Positions 37,492-47,901 of a stretch of 64,000 bases of DNA are shown here, piece after piece. This DNA is from an uncultured Chloroflexia bacterium (GTDB taxonomy: Bacteria > Chloroflexota > Limnocylindria > Limnocylindrales > CSP1-4), in the NCBI GenBank assembly GCA_963833225.1, contig CAWHXD010000007.1, forward strand, positions 448,001 through 512,000. Direction: 5' to 3'. The notes under the pieces were generated by a model that was given only the letters and a program-made list of their open reading frames with translations, searched no databases and was not told where the DNA came from. Each line of letters opens with the position of its first letter. Position 1 is the stretch's first letter. The position numbers were made by a program, and so were the translations under genes.

Positions 37492-39508
37492 GTGGCCGAC
37501 CCGAGCCCGCGGAGCCCCGAGGACGGCCGGCGCCCGGCGCCGTACGGGAGCTGGGTCTCGCCCATCGACGTCGAGCTCGTCGCCGGCACCGTTGTCGCGA
37601 TCGGCGAGCCCTGGCTGGACGGGGACGACGCCTACTGGCTCGAGAGCCGGGCCGCGGAGGGCGGTCGTCGGACGCTGCTGCGCCATGGGCTCGACGGCCG
37701 GACCGTGGAGCTCACGCCGGCACCGTTCCGGGTCGGCAGTCGTGTCCACGAGTACGGCGGCGGCTCGTTCGTGGTGGACGCCGGCCGCGTGATCGTGTCC
37801 TCGGTCACGGACGGACGGCTGTGGCAGGTGGATCCTGACGGCGCATCGGACCCGGTCGCGCTCACGCCCGAGGGCCCGTGGCGCTACGCCGACGCACGGT
37901 TCGACCCGAGATCGCCGCGCCTGTACGCCGTGCGTGAGACCCACGATGCCGCGCACCCCGACGATCCGCTGCTGGTCGTCAACGAGCTGGTCGCCATCGC
38001 GCTCGACGGATCGGACGGGCCCGGCCGGCTCCTCGTGGGCGGCCAGGACTTCGTGGCCGGCCCGCGCCCGTCACCGGACGGCCGGCTCCTCGCGTGGCTC
38101 GAGTGGGACCACCCCGAGATGCCCTGGGACTCGGTCCGGCTGCGGGTCGCCGAGGTCCTCGGAGACGGCTCGCTGGGCGAGGCGAGCACCGTCGCCGGTG
38201 GCCCCGGCATCAGCGTGGTCGAGGCCAGCTGGAGTCACGCGGGCGTGCTGCACGCGGCGTGGGACACCACCGGCTGGTGGAACCTGTACGCGTTCGACGG
38301 CCCCGACGGGGTGGCCGGCCCCGCCCGGAGCCTGGCGCCGATGGACGCGGAGATCGGCGGCCCGTCCTGGATCTTCGGTGACTCGTCGTATGGCATTGCC
38401 GATGACGGCGCCATCCTTGCCGTTGCACGCCGTGACGGCCGCGCCGAGCTGGTCCGGCTCGGTCCGGATGGGGTCGCGGTGCGGCTCGACACGCCGTGGA
38501 CGGACTTCGGGAGCCTCCGGGTGCACGGAACCCAGGCGCTCGCGACGGCCTCCGGGCCGCACGAGGGCACGATCCTCGTCCGCCTGGACGCCCGCACCGG
38601 CGAGGCGGTCGGGGTGCTCGCGCGCTCGCTGAACGTCCCCCTCGATCCGTCCGTCCTGCCGGTCGCGGAGCCGATCACGTTTCCCACCAGCGATGGCGCA
38701 ACCGCGAGGGCCCTGTACTTTGCCCCCACCAACGATGCCGTTCGCGGACCCGAGGACGAGCTTCCGCCGCTGCTCGTCCTGGCGCACGGCGGGCCAACGT
38801 CGGCCGCCACCTCGGCCCTGTCGCTGGACCGTGCGTTCTTCACGTCGCGCGGGATCGCGGTGGTGGACGTCGACTACCGCGGCTCCACGGGGTACGGACG
38901 GCCGTATCGAGATGCCGCTGCGCGGCCAGTGGGGGATCGCGGACGTCGAGGACTGCGTGGCCGCGGCCCAGTTCCTCGTGGCCCGCGGCTCGGTCGACGC
39001 GCGGCGGCTGGCGATCCGCGGCGGCAGCGCCGGCGGCTACACCGCCCTGGCGGCGCTCGCGTTCCGGCCGGAGGTGTTCGCCGCGGGCATCAGCCGCTAC
39101 GGCATCGCGGACCTGGAGCTGATCCACCTCGACGGCCACAAGTTCGAGTCACGCTACGACGAGGGGCTGCTGGCTCCCTGGGACGAGGAGGGCCGCAAGG
39201 TCTTCCGCGAGCGCTCGCCGATCCATTTCCTGGACAGGGTCCGCGCTCCGCTGCTGCTGTTCCAGGGCCTGGACGACAGGGTCGTGCCGCCCTCGCAGCT
39301 GGACGCCATGGTCGCGGAGTTCACGGCGCGCGGCCTGCCGCACGTCGCCATGACCTTCGAGGGCGAGGGTCACGGGTTCCGCAAGGCCGAGACGCGCCGC
39401 GCAACCTATCGCGTGGAGCTCGCCTTCCTGGGGCGCGTGTTCGGATTCGCGCCCGCGGATGACGATGTCGGGCCCCTGGAGGTCCCAGGTCTCGACCGAC
39501 CCCGGTGA
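37492..39508 (+). CDS. S9 family peptidase (frameshift near 38915, probably a sequencing error)
   Basis: [20 protein letters not shown] and YRGSTGYGR; the second frame has GGSAGG, QGLDD and EGEGHGFR (Ser-Asp-His triad). Confidence 0.92.
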
Positions 39509-39554
39509 TACCCTCGCTCGACCTGCCCCAGCGCCCGCAGCGCCCGGAGAATCC

Positions 39555-40739
39555 ATGAGCATTCTCGACGCGTCCCAGTATCTGTTCACGTCCGAGTCGG
39601 TCACCGAGGGCCACCCCGACAAGATGTGCGACCAGATCTCGGACGCCATCCTGGACAGCATCCTCGCCGTTGACCCCCACGCCCGGGTGGCGTGTGAGAC
39701 GGCCACCACGACGGGTCTCGTCCTCGTGTTCGGCGAGATCACGACGTCCACCTACGTCGAGTTCCAGAACGTGGTGCGCGACACGGTGTGCGACATCGGA
39801 TACACGAAGGCCGAGTACGGCTTCGACTACGAGACGTGCGGCACGATCGTCAGCGTCAAGGAGCAGAGCCGGGACATCGCCCAGGGCGTGGACCGGGCGG
39901 AGGAGCTTGGAGCCGGCGACCAGGGAATGATGTTCGGGTTCGCCTGCCGCGAGACGCCGGAGCTGATGCCGCTCCCGATCGCGCTGGCGCACCGCCTGGC
40001 ACGTCGCCTGTCCGAGGTCCGCAAGGACGGGACGCTTCCCTACCTCCGGCCCGATGGCAAGACCCAGGTCACGGTGGAGTACGACCGGGGCCGTCCGATC
40101 GGCGTGCGAACGGTGGTCGTGTCCTCGCAGCACGATCCAGATGCCGAGGACCGGATCCGCGACGACATCATCGAGACGGTGATCCTGCCCGTGATCCCGG
40201 CGCACCTCCGCGCCGTGGACCCGGTGATGCACGTCAACCCCACCGGGCGGTTCGTGGTCGGCGGTCCGATGGGCGATGCCGGCCTCACCGGCCGCAAGAT
40301 CATCGTGGACACGTACGGCGGGATGGCCCGCCATGGCGGCGGTGCCTTCTCGGGCAAGGACCCGACCAAGGTGGACCGGTCGGCCGCCTACGCGGCGCGC
40401 TGGGTCGCCAAGAACGTGGTCGCAGCCGGCCTTGCGGACCGCTTCGAGCTCGAGGTGGCGTACGGGATCGGCATCGCCGAGCCGCTGTCGGTGTCCGTGG
40501 ACTCGTTCGGGACGGGACGCGTCGACGATGACCGGATCCTGGACCTGGTCAGGCGTCACTTCGACCTGCGCCCGGCGGCGATCATCCGTGACCTGGACCT
40601 GCTGCGGCCGATCTACCGCCAGACGGCGGCCTACGGGCACTTCGGCCGCGACGACCTGGACCTGCCATGGGAGCGAACGGACCGGGCGGCAGCCCTCGCC
40701 GCGGACGCGGGGATCACGGAGCCGGCCGCCGGCGCCTGA
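39555..40739 (+). CDS. metK: S-adenosylmethionine synthetase
   Basis: [49 protein letters not shown]. Confidence 0.98.
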   Translation: MSILDASQYLFTSESVTEGHPDKMCDQISDAILDSILAVDPHARVACETATTTGLVLVFGEITTSTYVEFQNVVRDTVCDIGYTKAEYGFDYETCGTIVSVKEQSRDIAQGVDRAEELGAGDQGMMFGFACRETPELMPLPIALAHRLARRLSEVRKDGTLPYLRPDGKTQVTVEYDRGRPIGVRTVVVSSQHDPDAEDRIRDDIIETVILPVIPAHLRAVDPVMHVNPTGRFVVGGPMGDAGLTGRKIIVDTYGGMARHGGGAFSGKDPTKVDRSAAYAARWVAKNVVAAGLADRFELEVAYGIGIAEPLSVSVDSFGTGRVDDDRILDLVRRHFDLRPAAIIRDLDLLRPIYRQTAAYGHFGRDDLDLPWERTDRAAALAADAGITEPAAGA

Positions 40740-40770
40740 CCGGAGCCGCCCAGCCTGGGGGAACGTCCCG

Positions 40771-41856
40771 ATGTATGTCGTCATCATGGCCGGCGGTGGG
40801 GGCACGCGGCTGCGGCCCGTCAGCACGTCCGGGCGCCCCAAGCCGTTCCTGCCGCTGCTGCCCACCGGCGAGACGCTCCTCCAGCGAACCGTCCGCCGTC
40901 TTCTCGGCCCAGAGCTCGGTCTGAACCCGGGCTCCGTTTCCGTCGTCGCCTCGGCCGCCTATGAGCCGCTGGTCCGTGCCCAGGTCCCGGAAGCGGCCGT
41001 CGTGGTGGAGCCGGCGGGGCGGAACACGGCCGCCGCGATCGCCCTTGCCGCCCTGGCCATCGACCGTGACGACGCCGAGGTGATGGTCGTGCTCCCCGCC
41101 GACCATCGCATCGACCCCGCTCGAGAAGGCGCCTTCAGGACCGTCCTCCGGGCGGCGGCCGACCATGTCGCGACCGGGCGGTTCGGCATTCCGAGCCCCC
41201 TGGTGACCATCGGGGTCGGCGTCACCCGGCCGGCGACCGAGTACGGCTACCTGCGGCCCGTGCTGGCCCGTGCCGAGCGCGTCGCGGGCCTGGACGTCTA
41301 CCCGCTCGAGGCGTTCGAGGAGAAGCCCGATCCCCTCCGCGCCGTGGACCTCGCGACCCTGCCCGGGATCGCGTGGAATGCCGGGATGTTCCTGTGGCGC
41401 CGAGGGGCGATCCGGGAGGCGTTGACGGCCTACGCCCCCGACGTCGTCGACGCGATCTCGGCGGGGCTTGCGGCCGGCGACCTTGCCTCGGCCTACCCGA
41501 CGATCGCCCCCCGATCGATCGACTACGCGGTGATGGAGCCCGCGGCGGCTGCCGGGCTGGTCGCGATGGCGGCGATGGACGTCGGGTGGACGGACGTCGG
41601 CACCTGGCCCGTGCTGCTCGAGGTGCTCGGCGCTGCCGGGATCGACGGTGCCGTGGTGGAACCCGGGACCCGCTTCGACACCCGTCCGGGAGACCTGCTG
41701 GTCGAGCGCGGACGGGAGGGGCTCGTCGTCGGCGAGCCGGCGGGCGGTACGATCACCACCGATCAGCCGGTCGCGCTCCTGCACGAGGCCCGTGAGGCCC
41801 GCGCCCTCGTCCAGGCCCTGCTCGACCGGTGTACCGCAGCGGAGGACCAGGCGTGA
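40771..41856 (+). CDS. Mannose-1-phosphate guanylyltransferase
   Basis: IMAGGGGTRL..PKPF, EPAGRNTA, PADH, FEEKP, WNAGMF, SIDYAVME, WTDVG. Confidence 0.92.
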   Translation: MYVVIMAGGGGTRLRPVSTSGRPKPFLPLLPTGETLLQRTVRRLLGPELGLNPGSVSVVASAAYEPLVRAQVPEAAVVVEPAGRNTAAAIALAALAIDRDDAEVMVVLPADHRIDPAREGAFRTVLRAAADHVATGRFGIPSPLVTIGVGVTRPATEYGYLRPVLARAERVAGLDVYPLEAFEEKPDPLRAVDLATLPGIAWNAGMFLWRRGAIREALTAYAPDVVDAISAGLAAGDLASAYPTIAPRSIDYAVMEPAAAAGLVAMAAMDVGWTDVGTWPVLLEVLGAAGIDGAVVEPGTRFDTRPGDLLVERGREGLVVGEPAGGTITTDQPVALLHEAREARALVQALLDRCTAAEDQA

Positions 41857-43334
41857 CCAACCACTCGGAGGCGCCCGCGCCCATCACGATCAAGTTCGGC
41901 ACCGACGGCTGGCGGGCGCGAGTGGCGGACGAGTACACCTTCGAGAACGTGCGCCGCTGTGCGGACGGCGTCGCGCGCTACGTCGTCGATCGCGGTGAGC
42001 AGGCGAAAGGGGTGGTGATCGCCTACGACCGGCGGTTTGCCTCGGAGCACTTCGCCGCGGCCACGGCGGAGGTCCTCCTCGCGCACGACATCCCGATCGC
42101 GATCTCGCGAACCGGCGTCCCGACCCAGATGAGCTCCTACGAGGTCGTGCAGCGCGGGGCGGCGGCGGGCGTGGTGATCACCGCCTCGCACAACCCCTGG
42201 ACGGACAACGGCTTCAAGATCAAGGCACCCACCGGCGCGGCTGCCGGGGCGGAGATCCTCGCGGTGGTCGAGGCCGGGATCGCGGCCAACGCGGGGCGGG
42301 CGATCGACCGGCGGCCGTTCGCGGACGCCGAGGCCGCCGGGCTCGTGGAATGGTTTGACCCGTTCGATGGCTACGAGCAGTTCGTGCGCCGGACCATCGA
42401 CCTCGACGAGCTCAGGGCGGCCGATGCCTCCATCCTCGTCGAGCCGCTCTACGGGGTCGGGTCGGGCTGGATCCCTCGCCTGCTTGCCGGTGGACGGATC
42501 CGGGTCACCGAGATCCACAGCGAACGGAACCCGTTCTTCGGCGGCGTGAACCCGGAGCCGATCCGTCCGCACATCGATGCCGCCCTGGCCCAGATCGCGG
42601 CCGGCGGGTTCGACCTGGGCCTGCTCCTCGACGGTGATGCGGACCGGGCCGGGGCCGCCGACGAGCGAGGCGTGTTCCTCCATCAGCTCGAGGTCACCGG
42701 GCTGCTGATGTACTACCTCGCCGAGCACCGGGGCCTGCGCCAGCCGGTCGTGGTCAGCGTGAACAACACGTCCACGGCCGCAACCCTCGGCAAGCACTAT
42801 GGCATCGAGACCCACGAGGTGCCGGTCGGGTTCAAGTTCATCGGACCGCGGATGATCGAGACCGGCGCGATGCTGGGCGCCGAGGAGTCCGGAGGCTACG
42901 GCTTCGGGATGCACCTGCCCGAGCGCGACGGGATCTACGCGGACCTCATGCTGCTCGACCTGTTCCTGCGCGAGAAGGCCCGCGGCCATGCCCCGGTCTC
43001 GCGGGCCGTGGAGCTGTTCCACGAGCTCGCCGGGCCCTCGTTCTATCGACGCATCGACGTCCACTTCGACCGGCCGTCGTACGAGGCGGTCAAGGCGAGG
43101 GTCCTGGGCGAGCTCCGCGACCAGCCCCCGGCGGCGCTCGCGGGCGAGCCGGTGGTCCGCACCCAGGTCCTGTCCACGAACGACGGTTTCAAGTGGTTCC
43201 TGGCCGACGGTTCCTGGCTGCTCGTCCGCGCCAGCGGCACCGAGCCCCTGGTCCGGGTCTACACCGAGGCAAGCTCCGCGGAGCTCCGCGAGGAGCTCGT
43301 GCTGACCGGCGAAAAGGTCGTCCGCGGCGGCTGA
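41853..43334 (+). CDS. Phosphomannomutase/phosphoglucomutase
   Basis: FGTDGWR, ITASHNP, DGDADR, GAEESGG, RASGTEP. Confidence 0.95.
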   Translation: MTNHSEAPAPITIKFGTDGWRARVADEYTFENVRRCADGVARYVVDRGEQAKGVVIAYDRRFASEHFAAATAEVLLAHDIPIAISRTGVPTQMSSYEVVQRGAAAGVVITASHNPWTDNGFKIKAPTGAAAGAEILAVVEAGIAANAGRAIDRRPFADAEAAGLVEWFDPFDGYEQFVRRTIDLDELRAADASILVEPLYGVGSGWIPRLLAGGRIRVTEIHSERNPFFGGVNPEPIRPHIDAALAQIAAGGFDLGLLLDGDADRAGAADERGVFLHQLEVTGLLMYYLAEHRGLRQPVVVSVNNTSTAATLGKHYGIETHEVPVGFKFIGPRMIETGAMLGAEESGGYGFGMHLPERDGIYADLMLLDLFLREKARGHAPVSRAVELFHELAGPSFYRRIDVHFDRPSYEAVKARVLGELRDQPPAALAGEPVVRTQVLSTNDGFKWFLADGSWLLVRASGTEPLVRVYTEASSAELREELVLTGEKVVRGG

Positions 43335-43488
43335 ACGCTCCTGTCGACCGGGACGATCTGCAGGGCTGACCGCCCTTTCCCGCGGGGTGTAGGCTTGGGT
43401 CAGCGACCGCCATCACCGGTCCGCGGATCCGACCGGACGGCGGCCCTCGTGGACGCTCCGCGAAGGGGCGACTGGAGGTAGGTCGGCG

Positions 43489-43767
43489 ATGCACTCCTCT
43501 CTCATCGGCAAGGTCGAGAAGGCAAATCGCTACGCTCGTGAGCTGGACCGCATCTCGCTCGAGCGGGTCGCCCTGACGTTCCGCGGTGACAACGACACCC
43601 ATCACGTCAGCCTCGATGCCGGTCAGTGGCATTGCACGTGTCATTACTTCGAGAGTTGGGGTTCCTGCGTCCACCTGCTCGCGCTGCAGAAAGTCTTTGG
43701 CGTGATGCTGCCCGATGAGGCGCAGGTCTCGATCTTCGACGCAACGGCCGTGGGCGCCACCGCCTGA
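43489..43767 (+). CDS. Small SWIM zinc-finger protein
   Basis: MHSSLIGKVEKANRYA..FRGDNDTH..WHCTC..CVH; SD ggagg. Confidence 0.85.
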   Translation: MHSSLIGKVEKANRYARELDRISLERVALTFRGDNDTHHVSLDAGQWHCTCHYFESWGSCVHLLALQKVFGVMLPDEAQVSIFDATAVGATA

Positions 43768-43790
43768 GAGCCCACCCCTCAGATCAGGGA

Positions 43791-43820
43791 ACGACGCCGC
43801 CGGTTCACCGGCGGCGTCGT
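43791..43820. terminator. Hairpin between convergent genes (probable bidirectional terminator)
   Basis: acgacgccgccgg-ttca-ccggcggcgtcgt, a perfect 13-bp stem; no long U-tract. Confidence 0.75.
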
Positions 43821-43832
43821 CGATTCAGGCGG

Positions 43833-44468
43833 CTATCCGGCGGGCCGGAGGCGCCAGTAGTACGCGGCGCTGCCACCCCCCGCGAAGGTGACCTCGACCT
43901 TGAGGGTCCACGGCCCCGCCCCAGAGGGCCCCGCGAACACGGTTGAGTCGGCGGCGCCACTCGCGTACCCCTCGACCTGGCCGGGCCGGCCGCTACGGAT
44001 CGCAGCCCAGGCGGCCGTCCACGAGGCGACGGGGACCTCGGGCATGAACGACAGCGTCCAGGGACCCTTGCCGCCGGCCGCCCGGCCGGCCCGGACGACG
44101 ATCCACGGGGAATCGGAGCCTCCGTCTCCCCACGTGTAGCCGCCCAGGGTCCCGGGAACCAGAACCGCCTCCGCGTCCGCCAGCAGCGCTTGGGGCGGGC
44201 TTGCCGGGATGTCCGTCGCGGGGGTTGGCGCGGGGGTCGTGGGCGCCTCGGTCGGGGAGCTGGTCGGCGTCGCCGGCGGCGCAGTCACCGGCGCCGCCGT
44301 GGGAGGCGTGGTCGCCGCCGCCGATGGCTCCGGGGAGGCCGCCGATGGCGAGGGTGCGGCGAAGCTGGCGGTGCAGCCGGCCGCGAGCATGGCTCCCAGC
44401 ACGGCGGCGACGACCGGTCCGGAGGTGAGCCGGTGCCTGCGATGGCGAACGAACGGCCGGACTGACAT
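43833..44468 (-). CDS. Lipoprotein with Pro/Thr/Ala linker
   Basis: LAAGC lipobox, low-complexity linker, C-terminal beta domain ending AAYYWRL; start uncertain. Confidence 0.75.
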   Translation of the reverse strand: MSVRPFVRHRRHRLTSGPVVAAVLGAMLAAGCTASFAAPSPSAASPEPSAAATTPPTAAPVTAPPATPTSSPTEAPTTPAPTPATDIPASPPQALLADAEAVLVPGTLGGYTWGDGGSDSPWIVVRAGRAAGGKGPWTLSFMPEVPVASWTAAWAAIRSGRPGQVEGYASGAADSTVFAGPSGAGPWTLKVEVTFAGGGSAAYYWRLRPAG

Positions 44469-44502
44469 CGAAGACCTCTCCTGAGAACGGGCCATGGGCG
44501 GA

Positions 44503-45510
44503 TCAGCGGGGCGCGACCGACAGCGGGCACGTGCCGTTCGGGCACGTCGACACGGTGACGGTGAGTCGGTCGGAGGAAGAGCCTCGCAGCCCCTCGTTCG
44601 ACGGCCGGCGGAACACCGCGCGGACGGTGGTGGGTGACAGCAGGTACAGGCCCGCGGTGTAGGTGCCGGCCGACGCCCGGGTCATGGTCAGGGCGTCGGT
44701 CCAGCCGGACGATGTCCGTCGCTGGAGCACCAGCACCCGCCCAGACACCAGATTGTTCGACAGCTTCCCGGTCCCGGCGCTGCGCAGGGTGGCGGTGAAC
44801 GAGACCCAGCCGGCCCCGGGCAGCCAGGTGGTCGACGCACTGATCGTGGTCTCGCTCGGCACGTCGAGGCAGGTGCTGTAGAGCGTGCTCGTGGTCCGGA
44901 CGTCGTAGACCTGCTGGAGGGTCGCCACGTCGCAGCGTCCAAAGGCGTGGGCGTTGTAGCCGTCCTCGGGTTTCACGCGCGAGTACGTCTGGACGACGGC
45001 ATCGCCGTAGTCGGAGTCGTCCGGCAGGTTGACGTGGTGATCCAGGCCGAGCACGTGGCCGAGCTCATCGAGGGTGATGTTCTCGGCGTCGAAGCAGCCC
45101 CTTGGCCGGCCCGTCGCCTCGCACCAGCGGAGCGTGCCCCAGTCGAACCGGTGGCCGTTCTCGCGCAGGTACACCGCGAACCATGTCGGAGCGTCGCGAC
45201 GGAAGCACGCGAGGCCGTTCTCGCCGCACGGCGCGCTGACGCCGTACGTGATCGTGCTGTCCGCGCCGCTCGCGTGGTCAAACGTGGGTGCCTTGCTCTC
45301 GCGGGTCGTGTTGGCATCCTCGATCGCGTCCTTGATGGCCGTTTTGATGGCGGCGGGCGGCGCGCCACCCGCGCCCCAGCGGTACGTGAGCACCTGGTTC
45401 CGGTTGAACGGGTTGCCCATGAACGGGTCCGGCGTGGCCGCCGTCGCGGCCGGGGCAGCCATGACCAGGACGGCGAGCGCCAGGGTGATGGTGCGGATGG
45501 AGTTCCTCAT
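44503..45510 (-). CDS. Secreted matrixin-like metalloprotease homologue with a variant zinc motif and a C-terminal Ig-like domain
   Basis: Signal peptide; DELGHVLGLDH where HExxHxxGxxH is expected; several Cys pairs. Confidence 0.8.
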   Translation of the reverse strand: MRNSIRTITLALAVLVMAAPAATAATPDPFMGNPFNRNQVLTYRWGAGGAPPAAIKTAIKDAIEDANTTRESKAPTFDHASGADSTITYGVSAPCGENGLACFRRDAPTWFAVYLRENGHRFDWGTLRWCEATGRPRGCFDAENITLDELGHVLGLDHHVNLPDDSDYGDAVVQTYSRVKPEDGYNAHAFGRCDVATLQQVYDVRTTSTLYSTCLDVPSETTISASTTWLPGAGWVSFTATLRSAGTGKLSNNLVSGRVLVLQRRTSSGWTDALTMTRASAGTYTAGLYLLSPTTVRAVFRRPSNEGLRGSSSDRLTVTVSTCPNGTCPLSVAPR

Positions 45511-46580
45511 CGGGCAGCTCCTGGATGCGTGCGGAACGGCGAGCTGTCAGGGTCAAGCAGACGGATCCCCCTGCCCCCGGGCCCGTCGCGTGCCACCACG
45601 GGAACGGTGCCCAGCTCGCCCTCGGCGCCCGCGGTTCCGGTCGATCCCTCGGCGAGCGGCATGCCGAGCCCGGTGGTGGTGGTCATCCCGCCGGCTCCGC
45701 TGAGCGTGACCACCGCGACCTCGTCACGGGCCGTCTCAACGACGAGCCGGTCGCCGGCCCGCCCACCGATCGCGGCCGCGAAGGCCCCGGCGGCAAGGGT
45801 CGTCCGGCGCCCGGAGGCGAGGTCCACGGAGATGACGGGGCAAGGGAGCCCGTTGCAGGCGGCGCGAGCGATGAGCGAGCCGCCGACGGTCCCGAGGCCG
45901 GCCCCGATGTCGCGCACCAGCGTCACGGCGCCGCTCGCGGGGTCGAGGACGCGGACCCGGCAGCCGACCGGGGTGCACGAGGACACGGTGAGCCGTCCGC
46001 CCCGATCCAGCACCAGCGTCGTGACGAACGTCGGCCCCAGCCATCGGTCGGGGGCCAGGCCGGCAAGGACTCGATCCGTCCCTCCGTCCGGCCGTCGACG
46101 CCAGACGCCGAGGTCCGTGCGGGTCGCGCGGTCGACGTGGTGCTCGTACAGCGTCTGCCCGTCCGGCGCGAGGACCGCGCTCCGGACCACCGCGGCCTCA
46201 TCCGCCAGCGCCGTGGCGCAGCCGCGGGCGATGTCCAGCAGCCGCAGGTGCGATGCCGTCCCGTCGTCTTCGCCGGTCAGCACCATGCCGTTCACGGGCC
46301 CCGAGGCAAACGACTCCGGCGCGAGGTCCAGTGACCGGCCGACCTCGCCGTCCATCCCGATCGTGAGCGTCTGGCCCTCCAGCGTCCCCGTTCGGTCCAG
46401 GACAGGGTCCAGCTGGTACCAGGTCAGGGCGCCGGAACGCAGGCCGGCTTCCGACGTACAGGGCGGCGGCTCCCACCGGGGCTCGGCGACGAGCGGGCTC
46501 ACGAGGTGCCCGGCTCCAAGCGCGCCGGCGGTGACTGCGGCCAAGAGCGGCGAGACGGCCAGCCATCGCGCGGACTCCAT
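45507..46580 (-). CDS. Hypothetical exported protein (beta-propeller-like)
   Basis: N-terminal hydrophobic segment; repeated strand motifs (LLDIARG, VLDPASG, VDLASG); overlaps the next gene. Confidence 0.7.
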   Translation of the reverse strand: MESARWLAVSPLLAAVTAGALGAGHLVSPLVAEPRWEPPPCTSEAGLRSGALTWYQLDPVLDRTGTLEGQTLTIGMDGEVGRSLDLAPESFASGPVNGMVLTGEDDGTASHLRLLDIARGCATALADEAAVVRSAVLAPDGQTLYEHHVDRATRTDLGVWRRRPDGGTDRVLAGLAPDRWLGPTFVTTLVLDRGGRLTVSSCTPVGCRVRVLDPASGAVTLVRDIGAGLGTVGGSLIARAACNGLPCPVISVDLASGRRTTLAAGAFAAAIGGRAGDRLVVETARDEVAVVTLSGAGGMTTTTGLGMPLAEGSTGTAGAEGELGTVPVVARDGPGGRGIRLLDPDSSPFRTHPGAAR

Positions 46581-46691
46581 TGCTGGTTCCTCCTCCGGCG
46601 GGTGCTGGGTGGGCGGGAGGAGGGCGAGGTGGCTATCTTCGCGGTGACCAATTACCTGCCACTTATCCCGGGGCCGGGTGGTACGCTCCGC

Positions 46692-46812
46692 GGGTCAACG
46701 GGACCCGAGGTCCCTGCAGATCCGACGCGGTCTGGTCGCGAAGCCGGTGTGATTCCGGCACAGTCCCGCTACGGTGACCGCCCCCTGGGGCGGAAGTCCG
46801 GTCGCCGACCCG
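46692..46812 (+). promoter_or_regulatory. Cobalamin riboswitch
   Basis: gaagccggtgtgattccggcacagtcccgctacggtga..ggaagtccg core, upstream of a BtuFCD-like ABC transporter; -10 TACGCT at 46682. Confidence 0.88.
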
Positions 46813-46935
46813 CCGTCGCCGCTCGAGCCTTCGAGAGAAAGGTCAGGCGTTTCGTGCGATCCACCGCCTGACCCCCGCTTCGATCAGAAGCGAGGGGTCT
46901 TCCGTTTTCCAGCCCACCCGATTCGGAGTTTCTGC

Positions 46936-47901
46936 GTGGCCGCACGTCCATTCCGCCCCATCCCAGCCCTGGCCGGCCTGCTGCTGGCCGCCATCCTGGC
47001 CGCCTGCTCGGCGGCGCCGCCTGCAACGCCCACCGCCGTCACCCTGACCGACGACGAGGGCACCGTCGTCGCGATCCCGGCCCAGCCGGCCAGGATCGTC
47101 ACCCTGACACCGGCCGCGACCGAGACCCTGTTCGCGCTCGGCGCCGGCGACCGGATCGTCGGCAAGAGCGAGGACATCCTGCTCTACCCACCGGAGGCCG
47201 GCGCCATACCTGACGTCGAGAAGTTCGACGGGTCCGCGATCGTCGTCGACATCGAGCAGATCGTGGCCGCCAAGGCCGATCTCGTGATCGCCGGCGGCAA
47301 CTACGGCACTCCGCCCGACGCGGTGCAGAAGCTGCGCGACCTGGGCATCCCGGTGGTCGTCGTGTACGCACCGGACGTGGCCACCGTGTTCACGGACATC
47401 GAGCTCATCGGCCGGGCGATCGGCACGCCCGACGAGGCCGCCGCCATCGTCGAGCGCATGCAGACCGAGTTCGCCGGCGTGGCCGACGCCGTCGCCAATG
47501 CGCCGACGCCGCGCGTCTACTACGAGATCGACGCGACCGGCGCCTTCTACGGCCCCGCGGACGAATCGTTCCTCGCCGAGATGATCTCGCTGGCCGGCGG
47601 CGACCCGGTCACGACCGGTTCGCCGGACAAGTACGACATCCCCGCGGAGCGGCTGCTCGAGGCGAACCCCGAGGTGATCCTCCTCGGCGACGCCGCGTAC
47701 GGCGTGACGGCGGCCGATGTCGTCGCGCGCCCGGGCTGGGACACGATGACCGCGGTCAAGGACGGCGCCATCCGCCCGATCGAGGACACGATGATCACCC
47801 GGCCCGGACCGCGGCTATTCCTGGGCCTGCAGCTCCTCGCCTCGACGATCCACCCGGATCTCGCGATCCCGTCGTCCAGCCCGATCCCGCCCGTCCCGTG
47901 A
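46936..47901 (+). CDS. btuF: Cobalamin ABC transporter substrate-binding lipoprotein
   Basis: LAAC lipobox; TDDEG..PARIVTLTPAATETLFALGAGDRIVG; RPGPR; follows the B12 riboswitch. Confidence 0.88.
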   Translation: MAARPFRPIPALAGLLLAAILAACSAAPPATPTAVTLTDDEGTVVAIPAQPARIVTLTPAATETLFALGAGDRIVGKSEDILLYPPEAGAIPDVEKFDGSAIVVDIEQIVAAKADLVIAGGNYGTPPDAVQKLRDLGIPVVVVYAPDVATVFTDIELIGRAIGTPDEAAAIVERMQTEFAGVADAVANAPTPRVYYEIDATGAFYGPADESFLAEMISLAGGDPVTTGSPDKYDIPAERLLEANPEVILLGDAAYGVTAADVVARPGWDTMTAVKDGAIRPIEDTMITRPGPRLFLGLQLLASTIHPDLAIPSSSPIPPVP

